Origin: an uncultured Pseudomonadales bacterium
GTDB taxonomy: Bacteria > Patescibacteriota > Microgenomatia > UBA1400 > PJMF01
Direction of reading: 5' to 3'
Length of the DNA: 64,000 bases
Assembly: GCA_964502565.1 (NCBI GenBank)
Contig: CAZCXA010000002.1
Span: 648-64,647, forward strand
The translations under genes were made by a program, and so were the position numbers. The notes under the pieces are model-generated. The model saw only the letters and a list, made by a program, of their open reading frames with translations. It did not search any database and was not told the DNA's origin. Shown one piece after another: positions 38,996-48,450 of this stretch. Each line of letters starts with the position of its first letter. The stretch's first letter is position 1.

Positions 38996-39955
38996 ATGTT
39001 GACTCCGCTGTCGCAAGCTCAAATAAATAAGTCTCTCCAAAAATTAAGATTGCCTTTATCAAGCTCGCATAAAGGGCAAAATGGCAAGTTGCTGATTATT
39101 GGAGGCTCACAGCTGTTTCACTCAGCCAGTCGCTGGAGCCTTGATATTGCTTCTAAACTTGTTGATATGGTTTTTTACTGTTCTGTGCCGGGTAATAATC
39201 AGTTAATTCAACAGGCGAAACAGTATTTTTGGAACGGTATTGTGGTAGCGCGACAAGAAGTGGAAAGTTATGCGCTGGAGGCAGACTGTATTCTGATTGG
39301 TCCTGGCATGGAGAGGCAAAAAATTAATCCTGATTTTGATAATAAGTCCGCGCAGTTTTATCTCAACAATCCTCCCAACGATCAAACCTGGCAAAGCGAT
39401 ACTCAGAAGATCGTTAATTACTTGCTAGCCAAGTTTCCTGATAAAAAATGGGTAGTTGATGCAGGTGCTTTGCAAATGGTGGATATAAAATTACTAAATG
39501 AAAACTGTATTATTACGCCTCATTATCAAGAGTTAATGATTGTGGCAGAAAAAGCTGGGGTTGTTGTTGAGACCGAGATTGAGACTAAGGCCGAGACTGA
39601 GACCGAGAAAACAATGTTAAAAAAGACAAACTCTTTGCAAAAACTAAGCCAAGAACTGAATAATGCCTCAATTTTATTAAAAGGCCAGGTTGACATTATC
39701 GTCCATCAAGAAAAAGTTTTTTTAATTAGGGGAGGAAATGCAGGTATGACTAAAGGTGGAACTGGTGATGTTTTGGCTGGATTATTGGCCGGGTTATATG
39801 CCAACAACGAGGTTTTGCCTAGTATGATTACCGCCAGTCATATTAACAAGTTGGCAGGAGATTGTTTGTTTAAAAAAACAGGACCGTTTTTTAATGCTTC
39901 AAGCTTGGTTGAGGCGATACCAGAAGTTTTGTGGACTCAAATAAAAAAACAATAA
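38996..39955 (+). CDS. nnrD: ADP-dependent NAD(P)H-hydrate dehydratase (YjeF C-terminal domain)
   Basis: 'SHKGQNG.LLIIGGS', 'IGPG', 'VVDAGAL', 'ITPH..E', 'GNAGM..GGTGDVLAG'. Confidence 0.88.
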   Translation: MLTPLSQAQINKSLQKLRLPLSSSHKGQNGKLLIIGGSQLFHSASRWSLDIASKLVDMVFYCSVPGNNQLIQQAKQYFWNGIVVARQEVESYALEADCILIGPGMERQKINPDFDNKSAQFYLNNPPNDQTWQSDTQKIVNYLLAKFPDKKWVVDAGALQMVDIKLLNENCIITPHYQELMIVAEKAGVVVETEIETKAETETEKTMLKKTNSLQKLSQELNNASILLKGQVDIIVHQEKVFLIRGGNAGMTKGGTGDVLAGLLAGLYANNEVLPSMITASHINKLAGDCLFKKTGPFFNASSLVEAIPEVLWTQIKKQ

Positions 39956-39979
39956 TTTCTACCCCTTAATAGACGATTT

Positions 39980-41122
39980 TTAATTTACCTTTGTCTTTAA
40001 CACCTTTTCCAAATCTATAACCTTCACCTCCTCAAGTTTGCTTATAATCTCGTTAATCAAATCTTCAGAAGCGGTAGTAATAATCACCTGCTCTTCCCCT
40101 ATTAACTGAAAAACTCTTGTCCGATTTTCTTTATCTAGCTCAGAAAGAATATCGTCTAACAGCAATACTGGGAGTTGCCCAGTTTTTTCTTCCAGGTAAC
40201 TCAGCTCTGCTTTCTTAAGCCAAATCACACCCATTCTTTTTTGGCCACGAGAGCCATAAGACTCGATTGGCATGTAATTTTTTGTAGAGGTTTTCTTTGT
40301 TGACACGCCCAGTAAAATCTCAAAATCATCTTTATGCGGACCAATCAAGGTAAAACCGGTGGCAATCTCAGCCTGGCGGTGATTCCAGATTCTTTTTTCA
40401 CTAATCAATGAGGGCTGGTACTCCAAGCGCATGGGTAAGGGAGGGTCAACATTAGAGTTGATAAAACTAATTAAATCACGTCTTTTTTTTTGCAAAAGTT
40501 CACCATGCTTGATCAAGGTTAAGTCCCAGTAAGTCAGAGACTCAACCGACTGCCGATTGTCTTTGATCAGCGAGAGAAGTTTGTTGCGACGGCGTAAGGC
40601 TTTGGTGTATTTATCAAGTGAGAAATCATAGTTTTTATCGATTAACTGCAAAATCTCATCTAGAAAATTGCGCCGGCGCGATGGTGAGCCTTCAACCAAG
40701 CGCATATCCTCAGGTCTAAACACGATCGTTAATAACTTTCCTGAAAAGTCACGTTTTCGTTTACGATTATCATTAACACTGAAAAGCTGTTTAAGAGTGC
40801 GACGTCCATTAACCTCTCCTCGAGTAATGAGAACTGACAGCTCTAGCTCATCTAAACCTGCCAGCTCTAGATTGTTGTTAATAGAGGAGATATCACTATA
40901 GACCTTACCTCTCACCCTACCCAACTCTCGCCCAAACTGGATCATCTCATCAGGTTTGTGTGCACGAAAACTAGTGCCGTTTGAGAGTAAGCGAATACCT
41001 TCAATAACAGAACTTTTTCCCTTGGCATTTGGCGCCTTAAACACGGTTACTTGTTGTTTGAACTCAAGAAGTAGGTTAGAAAATAAGCGAAAATGCTCAA
41101 GATAAATCTTGTGGAGGAACAT
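39980..41122 (-). CDS. recF: DNA replication/repair protein RecF
   Basis: 'PNAKGKS', 'G.P..RR.FLD', 'GPHKDD', 'GSRGQ', 'PVLLLDD.LSELD'. Confidence 0.92.
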   Translation of the reverse strand: MFLHKIYLEHFRLFSNLLLEFKQQVTVFKAPNAKGKSSVIEGIRLLSNGTSFRAHKPDEMIQFGRELGRVRGKVYSDISSINNNLELAGLDELELSVLITRGEVNGRRTLKQLFSVNDNRKRKRDFSGKLLTIVFRPEDMRLVEGSPSRRRNFLDEILQLIDKNYDFSLDKYTKALRRRNKLLSLIKDNRQSVESLTYWDLTLIKHGELLQKKRRDLISFINSNVDPPLPMRLEYQPSLISEKRIWNHRQAEIATGFTLIGPHKDDFEILLGVSTKKTSTKNYMPIESYGSRGQKRMGVIWLKKAELSYLEEKTGQLPVLLLDDILSELDKENRTRVFQLIGEEQVIITTASEDLINEIISKLEEVKVIDLEKVLKTKVN

Positions 41123-41259
41123 ATGAAAAAAATAAAATAGTTAACAATTTAAAAAAACGTCAGCTCGCAACTTAACTTGCACTACCCATCATGCACTTTT
41201 CAAGTTTTTAATTTTAAGTTTTAACTTTTATTTTTCTTTATGATATTATAACTAATAAG

Positions 41260-41634
41260 ATGACAAGTTTTTTTCAAAAACACCTTCAGTTGCCTTTGGT
41301 CAATGGTGCTGACCAGCCAATGAAGCTAGGCGATCAGCTCTTATTAAGAAACAATCAAAAAGTATCAGAAGTTTATGACACTCCTGGTACGATCGTCAAC
41401 TTAGTGGTGAGTAATCTTTTTTTGTTAGCAGGTATTGTTATCCTCTTTCTTATCATCCTGGCGGGCTTGAGTTATATTAAAGATAGTGAAAAAGGTAAAG
41501 AGGAGGCAAAGAACTTGGTCACAGGTGCAGTCATTGGCTTTGTCGTGATGTTTTCTGCGTATTGGGTTATCCAAATTATCAAACTTATTACTGGGGCAGA
41601 TATACCCATCCAGATACCAAAGATACCTATCTAG
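41260..41634 (+). CDS. VirB2/TrbC-like pilin (copy 1)
   Basis: Two hydrophobic helices joined by 'AG..YI....KGKEEAK..VTGAVIG'. Confidence 0.65.
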   Translation: MTSFFQKHLQLPLVNGADQPMKLGDQLLLRNNQKVSEVYDTPGTIVNLVVSNLFLLAGIVILFLIILAGLSYIKDSEKGKEEAKNLVTGAVIGFVVMFSAYWVIQIIKLITGADIPIQIPKIPI

Positions 41635-41691
41635 AAACCAAAGACACTCATTTAAATAAAGTTTAATACCAAAAATTAAAATACTGAGTTT

Positions 41692-42162
41692 ATGAAAAAA
41701 AAGTCTTCAAATTCCTTAAATAGTTGCTGGCATAAAACTTTGACTTTCTTCACCATTTTTGTGACAATCTCTTTAGCTATGCCTCAAACACTTTTAGCAG
41801 ATGATGAGACCACAAGCATCTTTGGTGAGATTGCTCCGCCTCCGGGAGTAAATAAATATCAAGCTGAGGTTGAAAAAGTGGGAGGACAAGTTGGCATCAT
41901 CCTTTTTCTTTCCAACATTATTAGGCTAATCACTGTTGCGGCTGGAATCTGGGTCATGTTTAATCTTATCTCAGCTGGTTGGCTTTATATCAACTCGTCA
42001 GGAGATTCTGGCGCAACTGAAAAGGTGTCTGCAAAAATTACCAACAGCATCATTGGTCTAGCTGTAGTAGCTCTGTCATATACTCTTGCGGGTGTGGTTG
42101 GTTACTTAATTTTTGGAGACGCCGGGTTTATTCTTAACCCAGCACTTTTTACTATTAATTAA
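41692..42162 (+). CDS. VirB2/TrbC-like pilin (copy 2)
   Basis: Signal peptide; 'AG..YI.SSGD....E....KITNSIIGL'. Confidence 0.7.
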   Translation: MKKKSSNSLNSCWHKTLTFFTIFVTISLAMPQTLLADDETTSIFGEIAPPPGVNKYQAEVEKVGGQVGIILFLSNIIRLITVAAGIWVMFNLISAGWLYINSSGDSGATEKVSAKITNSIIGLAVVALSYTLAGVVGYLIFGDAGFILNPALFTIN

Positions 42163-42224
42163 ACCCTAATTTTCAGAACTACGCACTTATTAAATCGTCG
42201 ATTTTAACCAACTCCAAAACCGAT

Positions 42225-42641
42225 ATGACCTCAATAAAAATCTTAACAAATTTAATACAACTTACAGGACAGTTTGGTAATGATGGGTTTCAGCCCCCCA
42301 CTGACGCTTACACCGAAGGCGCTGACACCAACCCAGGATTAATCAAGATACTAGCGACAGGTATCTCCAATGTAATTGGAATCTTAACTACTTTGGCTGG
42401 TCTGTTTTTTATTTTAAACTTTTTTTTAGGAGCGGTTGGTTGGATTACAGCAGGCGATGATACTGGCAAGGCTGAAAAGGCAAGAACTAGAATCATGAAT
42501 GCTGTTGTTGGTTTGGTCATTGTTGTGGCATCTTATGGTGTCATTGGCCTGATTGGCTCAATGATCGGTATCGACTTTATTAATATTGGAGAGATTTTAG
42601 AAAAAATACATCCAGGAAACTTAGTTGATGGATTAGGCTAA
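42225..42641 (+). CDS. VirB2/TrbC-like pilin (copy 3)
   Basis: 'GAVGWITAGDD.GKAEKARTRIMNAVVGL'. Confidence 0.7.
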   Translation: MTSIKILTNLIQLTGQFGNDGFQPPTDAYTEGADTNPGLIKILATGISNVIGILTTLAGLFFILNFFLGAVGWITAGDDTGKAEKARTRIMNAVVGLVIVVASYGVIGLIGSMIGIDFINIGEILEKIHPGNLVDGLG

Positions 42642-42698
42642 GTTTAAAAAAATTTTTTAATAACAAATAAATTATCATCTTTAATTTACAAAAATAAT

Positions 42699-43109
42699 AT
42701 GCTTAACTCTTTTATGGATTTTTTTAATAAATTTTTTGCTTCAGCTGTTTTTGCTGATGAATCAACCAGCACCGATGGTCAGATTATTAATCCAGTTATT
42801 GGAGAGTGGGGTAAAAATCCAGAAAAGGCAACTAGTGGTGTGCTTTTTGCTGAATATGTTGTACGAATCTGGCGAATAGGCATTAGTGTTGGCGCCTTCG
42901 TCGTGGTCTTGTTTTTTATTATTGCCTCATATGAGTGGTTAACCAGTGGTGATGATACCAAAGGTGTTGAAAAGGCTAAATCTAGATTTACCAACGCCAC
43001 GATTGGCTTGGTTTTGCTCGTGGCTTCTTTTGTGATTGTTGGCTTTATTGGCGTATTATTATTTGGAGATGAGTTTGATATTCTTCACCTTACTTTTCCA
43101 ACTAATTAA
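42699..43109 (+). CDS. VirB2/TrbC-like pilin (copy 4)
   Basis: 'AVFA' leader; 'EWLTSGDD..GVEKAKSRFTNATIGL'. Confidence 0.7.
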   Translation: MLNSFMDFFNKFFASAVFADESTSTDGQIINPVIGEWGKNPEKATSGVLFAEYVVRIWRIGISVGAFVVVLFFIIASYEWLTSGDDTKGVEKAKSRFTNATIGLVLLVASFVIVGFIGVLLFGDEFDILHLTFPTN

Positions 43110-43139
43110 CTCATCAAGCAACAAATTAACTCTTTTTTT

Positions 43140-43631
43140 ATGATCCAAAACTTACTCGCAGACGCAGCCGTTCAACCAGAAATTAATCTTAGGGAAGAAG
43201 GTTCAAAAGTTTTACCATTCGGAGAAAACATGAATAAACCAGGAGATAATAGCGGTGTTGTTTTTTCGATTATTAGTTCACTGCTAACCGTGGTAGCCAT
43301 TGTGGCTGGAGTGTTGCTACTTGTTAACTTGATTTACGCCGGTATTCAGTGGATAGCCGCTGGAGGAGATTCCGGCAAGCTTGAAAAGGCGCGCAATAGA
43401 ATCATGCACTCAATTGTTGGCTTTGTTATTTTTGTCTCGGCAATATCTATATTTATGCTGATCCAGAACTTGCTCAATATTGAGTTACTCAAGTTTTCAT
43501 ATAAAAAACACAAACCGAACATTACTTCCTACTCCTGCTGTACTGTGAACCAGGAGTGTGTTGGCTTTATTGGTAATGGGGAAGAGTTTGGTTGCACCAA
43601 TATAACCCGAGCCTGCGAGTCTTGTAAATAA
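43140..43631 (+). CDS. VirB2/TrbC-like pilin (copy 5) with Cys-rich C-terminal extension
   Basis: 'AGIQWIAAGGD.GKLEKARNRI.HSIVG'; tail CC...C...C...C..C. Confidence 0.7.
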   Translation: MIQNLLADAAVQPEINLREEGSKVLPFGENMNKPGDNSGVVFSIISSLLTVVAIVAGVLLLVNLIYAGIQWIAAGGDSGKLEKARNRIMHSIVGFVIFVSAISIFMLIQNLLNIELLKFSYKKHKPNITSYSCCTVNQECVGFIGNGEEFGCTNITRACESCK

Positions 43632-43759
43632 ACATAATTAAAATATTTTTTTTACTATTTATATCAAGATTGCGATCAAGTTTAACCTCAATTTTTACAA
43701 AAGTTATAATGCATATTATGCTAAAAAATGTTTAATGTATTGTGCAAATTTTCAAATCT

Positions 43760-43834
43760 TTGACTTTTTCATTTAAAACCTGATAAAATATCAATTAGAC
43801 TAATAATTAATTAATATTTTAAAAAATTAAGGAG
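43760..43834 (+). promoter_or_regulatory. Sigma70-like promoter and Shine-Dalgarno for pilin copy 6
   Basis: TTGACT at 43760, TG-A-TAAAAT at 43781-43789, AAGGAG at 43829-43834. Confidence 0.6.
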
Positions 43835-43839
43835 AAAAT

Positions 43840-44226
43840 ATGAACAGAATTTCTAAATCAATTATTGGAGTCGGGGTGTCGGTTGCCTCAACTTTTGCTT
43901 TAGCATCTCAAGTAATGGCCGACGAACTTGGTATAGAGGGCACGGTTGAGATTCCAGAAGGCTTCTTTTTTACAGATGCAGAAGGTCTTGTGTCAACAAT
44001 ACTGCGTGCCGTTATGCTAATTGCTGGTTTGCTGGTCTTTGCTTATCTTATCTGGGGTGGTATTGAGTGGATAACCTCAGGTGGTGACAAAGGCAAAACA
44101 GAAAATGCCAGAAATAAAATTACTGCTGCGGTTATCGGTTTGGTAATCTTGGCAGCTTCCTATGCAATCTTCCAGATTGTACTTTCTCTACTGGGAGTGC
44201 AGGGATATAAAGGAATCTTTGGATAA
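43840..44226 (+). CDS. VirB2/TrbC-like pilin (copy 6, candidate major pilin)
   Basis: Signal peptide ending VMA; 'GGIEWITSGGDKGKTENARNKITAAVIGL'. Confidence 0.78.
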   Translation: MNRISKSIIGVGVSVASTFALASQVMADELGIEGTVEIPEGFFFTDAEGLVSTILRAVMLIAGLLVFAYLIWGGIEWITSGGDKGKTENARNKITAAVIGLVILAASYAIFQIVLSLLGVQGYKGIFG

Positions 44227-44252
44227 TAACCACTTTAAAACCATTAAAGTAT

Positions 44253-44280
44253 TAAAACCCTCGGCAACGAGGGTTTTTTT
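44253..44280 (+). terminator. Rho-independent terminator
   Basis: AAAACCCTCG-GCAA-CGAGGGTTTTTTT. Confidence 0.85.
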
Positions 44281-44395
44281 ATTAATTAAAATCTTTTTAG
44301 CTGAGTCTTTACAATTCCTGTTATATAATAGATTTATTAAAAGATAGTCTTAAAGAACTACCTACTTAATTATTTATTATTTTCTGTAAATCATT

Positions 44396-44854
44396 ATGAA
44401 AAAATCAAGAGTCCTTAGTGCTTCAATGCCAATATTTTTTTTTCTTGTGATCACCAGCCTCTTTCTTCCTCAAAAAATTCAAGCTCAAGTTAGCCCTCAA
44501 GAATGGGAACCTGGTTTGTGTCAAATCGATGGCGTAGCCACTGTTCAAGGAGTTGGTTGCCTACTGGCTAACATCTTATCTGTAGCCTTAACCGCTATTG
44601 GCCTAGTTGGATTTGTGATGCTGGTTGTGGGCTCAATGAAATGGCTTTTATCTGGTGGCAATACGCAAAATGTGGAAAGTGCCAGAAAAACCATGACCTG
44701 GGCGTTTGTTGGTTTGGGCGTTGCTCTAGGCTCATTTTTAATGATTAACCTAATTGCTCAATTTACCGGCATCAATGTTATTACCGAGTTCTTTATTCCA
44801 TCTAGCGACACTGGGTTGCCAGGACAGACTCAGTGGCAAAACATTGGCCAATAG
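44396..44854 (+). CDS. VirB2/TrbC-like pilin (copy 7)
   Basis: Signal peptide ending IQA; 'C..DGVAT.QG..CL..N'; 'G..WL.SGG....VE.ARKT.TWA..GL'. Confidence 0.72.
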   Translation: MKKSRVLSASMPIFFFLVITSLFLPQKIQAQVSPQEWEPGLCQIDGVATVQGVGCLLANILSVALTAIGLVGFVMLVVGSMKWLLSGGNTQNVESARKTMTWAFVGLGVALGSFLMINLIAQFTGINVITEFFIPSSDTGLPGQTQWQNIGQ

Positions 44855-44924
44855 TTTGTTTACGTCAAGTCTATCTATTTACACCAAGTTTTCCAATTAT
44901 TTACCTTGAATATTTACCTTTTTA

Positions 44925-47174
44925 GTGCAAAAAACCTATAATCACCAACAACACGAAGCAAAGATTTATCAACTTTGGGAAAAAGCTGAGGCGTTTAATC
45001 CTGATAACAACCGACCATCTAGTAAATCCCCTTTTACCATCATCATGCCTCCGCCCAATGCTAACGACCCTTTGCATATTGGTCACGCTATGTTTGTCAC
45101 TATTGAGGACATTCTAGTTCGCTATCATCGCATGCTGGGTGACGACACGCTTTATCTGCCAGGCACCGACCACGCTGGTATTGAAACGCAGTTCGTGTTT
45201 GAAAAAAAACTTAAAAAAGAAGGCAAAACTCGGTTTAATTTTAATCGCAAGACTCTGTATAAAAAAATTTGGGACTATGTGCAAGAAAACTCGGATATAG
45301 CGGTAAAACAAATGAAACAGTTGGGAGCTAGCGCTGACTGGACTCGGTTTAGTTTTATGTTAGACAAGCCAATTGTGGAGATGGTGCTTCAAACTTTTAA
45401 GGATCTTCATAGTAAAAACTTGGTATATCGAGACTTAAGATTAGTCAACTTTAGCCCTTCAGCCGGAACTGCTTATAGTGAACTCGAGATAGTTCATGAG
45501 GAGAGGGTCGCGCCTTTGTATTACATTAAATACGGACCGTTTACTCTGGCTACTACTCGTCCAGAAACAAAGTTTGGTGACACAGCTGTGGCGGTTCATC
45601 CTCAAGACAAGCGCTACACACAATGGGTGGGTAAAGAGATCACTGTGCCAGGAGTGTTGGGAGAGTTCCGAGTAAAAGTAATTACAGATGAGACTGTTGA
45701 CCCCAAGTTTGGCACGGGCGCGGTAAAGGTTACTCCGTTTCATGACCATGATGATTTTGCTATCTGGCAACGACATCTAAAAGAGCTCCCCTACCCTAAA
45801 CAAGTGATTGATTTTGAAGGACGGATGATGGCGTCAGCTGGCAAATACCAAGGTATGAAGGTGGCTCAAGCTCGTGAGGCAGTTGTAAAAGATATGCAAA
45901 AGATGGGGTTAATTGAAAAAATTGACAATAACTATAAACACACGGTCGCATTATGTTACAAAACCGGTTGTGCGATCGAGCCTCTGCCATTAGCTCAATT
46001 TTTTATAAAAGTGGAGCCATTAACCAGGCCTGTCATTAAAGCCATTAAAGATAAAGAGCTTAAAATTTACGGCGCTGGCCATGACAAGATTCTTTTACAC
46101 TGGCTGACAAACTTAAAAGACTGGAACATCTCGCGTCAAATCGTGTGGGGTATTCAGATGCCGATTTGGTATCAAGTTAACGGTTATGAAGACAAGATTG
46201 TGGTTGGCTATCTGGATGACGACAAGAAGTATCACAGCGAAAAACTCAGTCAGGCATTAAAAAAACACGGTCTAAAAGCAGTTGTTGAAAATCTACAAAC
46301 CCTTCGCGCCGAGTTAGCAGTTCCCTATCAAGTGAGTAGAAACCAACCAAAAGATGGTGTCTGGGTTCAAGAAACCGACACCTTTGACACCTGGTTCTCT
46401 TCAAGCCAATGGCCAGTCAATACTCTTAAGAACGCTAAACCTGGTGATTTTGAACGCTTTTACCCTACTCAGGTAATGGAGACTGGTTATGACATTCTCC
46501 CCTTTTGGGTGATGAGAATGCTGATGATGGGGTGGTTTATGACAAACAAGTTCCCGTTTAAAACCATTTATCTTCACGGGCTGATTAGAGACTCTAAAGG
46601 GAGCAAGATGAGCAAAAGTAAGAACAATGTAGTTAACCCACAAGAAGTGACGGAAAAATACGGTACAGACGCGCTTAGAATGGCATTAGTCATCCGTTCT
46701 TCAGCCGGTTTAGACAAATCAATTGGCGATCCAGATTTTAAGGCTATGCGCAACCTAACCAACAAGTTGTGGAACGCGACCAGATATATTTTATTAAATC
46801 TTGATGAGTCAAGGTTGAATGATTATCAAGAAAAACCATTAGACTCTGAATTTTTAAAAACTCTTGAGGAAACCGTGGCCAAGATCACTCGCCAACTCAA
46901 CCAACTTCAAATCGGGTTGGCTGCAGAAACAGTTTATAATCAATTCTGGCACTGGTTTTGCGATCAAGCAATCGAGCAAGCTAAGCAAGATAAGATTTCG
47001 CAAGAAAACTTGATTAAGGGTTTGATAACATTTTTAAAGTTATTCCATCCGTTTATGCCTTTTGTCACAGAACAGATTTGGCAATTGTTAAAAAAGGAAG
47101 AGTTGTTAAAAAAGTTTATCAAGGAAGAGTTGTTAATTCAGACAAGATGGCAAGAGATCGATCAAAAGATTTAG
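44925..47174 (+). CDS. valS: Valine--tRNA ligase (short form)
   Basis: 'PPPNA...LHIGH', 'PGTDHAGI.TQ', 'ATTRPET', 'DW.ISRQ..WG', 'DTWFSS', 'KMSKS'. Confidence 0.95.
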   Translation: MQKTYNHQQHEAKIYQLWEKAEAFNPDNNRPSSKSPFTIIMPPPNANDPLHIGHAMFVTIEDILVRYHRMLGDDTLYLPGTDHAGIETQFVFEKKLKKEGKTRFNFNRKTLYKKIWDYVQENSDIAVKQMKQLGASADWTRFSFMLDKPIVEMVLQTFKDLHSKNLVYRDLRLVNFSPSAGTAYSELEIVHEERVAPLYYIKYGPFTLATTRPETKFGDTAVAVHPQDKRYTQWVGKEITVPGVLGEFRVKVITDETVDPKFGTGAVKVTPFHDHDDFAIWQRHLKELPYPKQVIDFEGRMMASAGKYQGMKVAQAREAVVKDMQKMGLIEKIDNNYKHTVALCYKTGCAIEPLPLAQFFIKVEPLTRPVIKAIKDKELKIYGAGHDKILLHWLTNLKDWNISRQIVWGIQMPIWYQVNGYEDKIVVGYLDDDKKYHSEKLSQALKKHGLKAVVENLQTLRAELAVPYQVSRNQPKDGVWVQETDTFDTWFSSSQWPVNTLKNAKPGDFERFYPTQVMETGYDILPFWVMRMLMMGWFMTNKFPFKTIYLHGLIRDSKGSKMSKSKNNVVNPQEVTEKYGTDALRMALVIRSSAGLDKSIGDPDFKAMRNLTNKLWNATRYILLNLDESRLNDYQEKPLDSEFLKTLEETVAKITRQLNQLQIGLAAETVYNQFWHWFCDQAIEQAKQDKISQENLIKGLITFLKLFHPFMPFVTEQIWQLLKKEELLKKFIKEELLIQTRWQEIDQKI

Positions 47175-47202
47175 CCAAACACTACCGCATCTAACTTAAT
47201 AA

Positions 47203-47667
47203 ATGGAGATATTTTTTTTCAAACTTAAACTACTAGCTTCTCTTTTGTATTTTTTGGGAATTTTTTTTGTTTGTCAGATAAAAAGCCTTGTTGCAAAGTA
47301 TAAAATCCTCACCTCGTTATATATTTTTTTGTTTTTACAGTTGCTACTGGTAGTGTTTTGGCCAAAACCAGCCAAGCCGCCCCAGCCATTGCTTAACCAC
47401 GAGGATTATTTAACAGTCACAAACGCTGTTTTTAATCTTGAAAAGATTAACACCTACTCTGTGGAGTTTCAGGAAGAGGCGATTATGTTGGAGCTGGCGA
47501 GGTTTAATCAAGAGTCATCAGGAGAAACAGTGCCCCTCCCCCATCGAGATCAGTTTGTCAATCTCGCGCTGATCAAGTTAGCGCTCAACAATGAGGCAGA
47601 GTTTAGAGAGATGCTTATCAAAGCCAAACAGCTTGATCCGAACTGGACCGGCTGGAATAAAAATTAA
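47203..47667 (+). CDS. Hypothetical membrane protein with TPR-like C-terminus
   Basis: TM helices; 'P.HRD...NLA.........A......AK.LDPN'. Confidence 0.6.
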   Translation: MEIFFFKLKLLASLLYFLGIFFVCQIKSLVAKYKILTSLYIFLFLQLLLVVFWPKPAKPPQPLLNHEDYLTVTNAVFNLEKINTYSVEFQEEAIMLELARFNQESSGETVPLPHRDQFVNLALIKLALNNEAEFREMLIKAKQLDPNWTGWNKN

Positions 47668-47742
47668 AATTTACGCTTTAAGAAAAAATACTGGAGCTCA
47701 AGGCATCTTTTTTACCTTGCTCTTTAAACTTTTCAAGATTTA

Positions 47743-48450
47743 TTAATTTTTTTTCTCTTCCTCGCCTTCTTTTTCGTTTTTATCCACCTCTTTTTCTTCA
47801 CCATCAGCTCCATCTTTTGCCTCAACCTCTTCACCCTCACCAATAATCTCGGTCTCGATTGGCTCCTCTGGCTCTTCAGGTTCTTCTTCCACCTCTTGAA
47901 CCAAAACAACAGCCTCTTCTAGACCATCATCCCCAAGAATAATCTCAACCTTGGAACGATCGTATACTAGATCTGCTAAAGTGATTGACTGACCAACCGC
48001 GGTTAGTTGTTCAACATCTATCACAAACTTCTCAGGTAAATCTGTGGGCAATGCCTCAACCTCAACCTCATCTTTAACTGTCACCAAAACCGCCTCTGGT
48101 AGTTCAAATTTTCCAGTTAACTCAACAGGGATCTCGGCTCTCACCTTTTCCGCTAAATCAACAACTTGAAAAGAAACATGTATCGGTTCATCTGTAACAG
48201 GATTGAGTTGAACCTCGTCAATCATTGCTGGTAGCTGTTGTGTTTTATCAACCTGTAAATAGCCAACTCCAGATTGACCAATCTCAGAATAAAGCTTTTT
48301 AAACTCTCCCAAGTCTAAAGAAATTGCCTTTGATGGCTTATGTGCCTCAAATACATTGCCCGGAAGTACGCCACTGGTTCTCAGTTGATGTAAGTTCTGA
48401 GAAATCTTTCGAGTGCTAACATTAATATTGTGTTTAGTTGCTGATGACAT
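47743..48450 (-). CDS. rplY: 50S ribosomal protein L25 / Ctc
   Basis: 'LR..G.LPG.V', 'EVQ.NPV...PIHV.F', 'VEVEALP..LP....IDV..L', acidic tail. Confidence 0.9.
   Translation of the reverse strand: MSSATKHNINVSTRKISQNLHQLRTSGVLPGNVFEAHKPSKAISLDLGEFKKLYSEIGQSGVGYLQVDKTQQLPAMIDEVQLNPVTDEPIHVSFQVVDLAEKVRAEIPVELTGKFELPEAVLVTVKDEVEVEALPTDLPEKFVIDVEQLTAVGQSITLADLVYDRSKVEIILGDDGLEEAVVLVQEVEEEPEEPEEPIETEIIGEGEEVEAKDGADGEEKEVDKNEKEGEEEKKN

Noticed and set aside
25185-39610. Short low-complexity repeats (QE/QD at ~25190-25255, QTT at ~31775-31845, ETE at ~39568-39607)
   Set aside because: They are in-frame disordered linkers within proteins with no evidence of a separate element.
41260-44854. Pilin array as type IV (PilA-like) pilins
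   Set aside because: No class III signal peptide (G|FTLxE) is present; the two-helix hairpin with a GGD loop fits VirB2/TrbC-like pilins instead.
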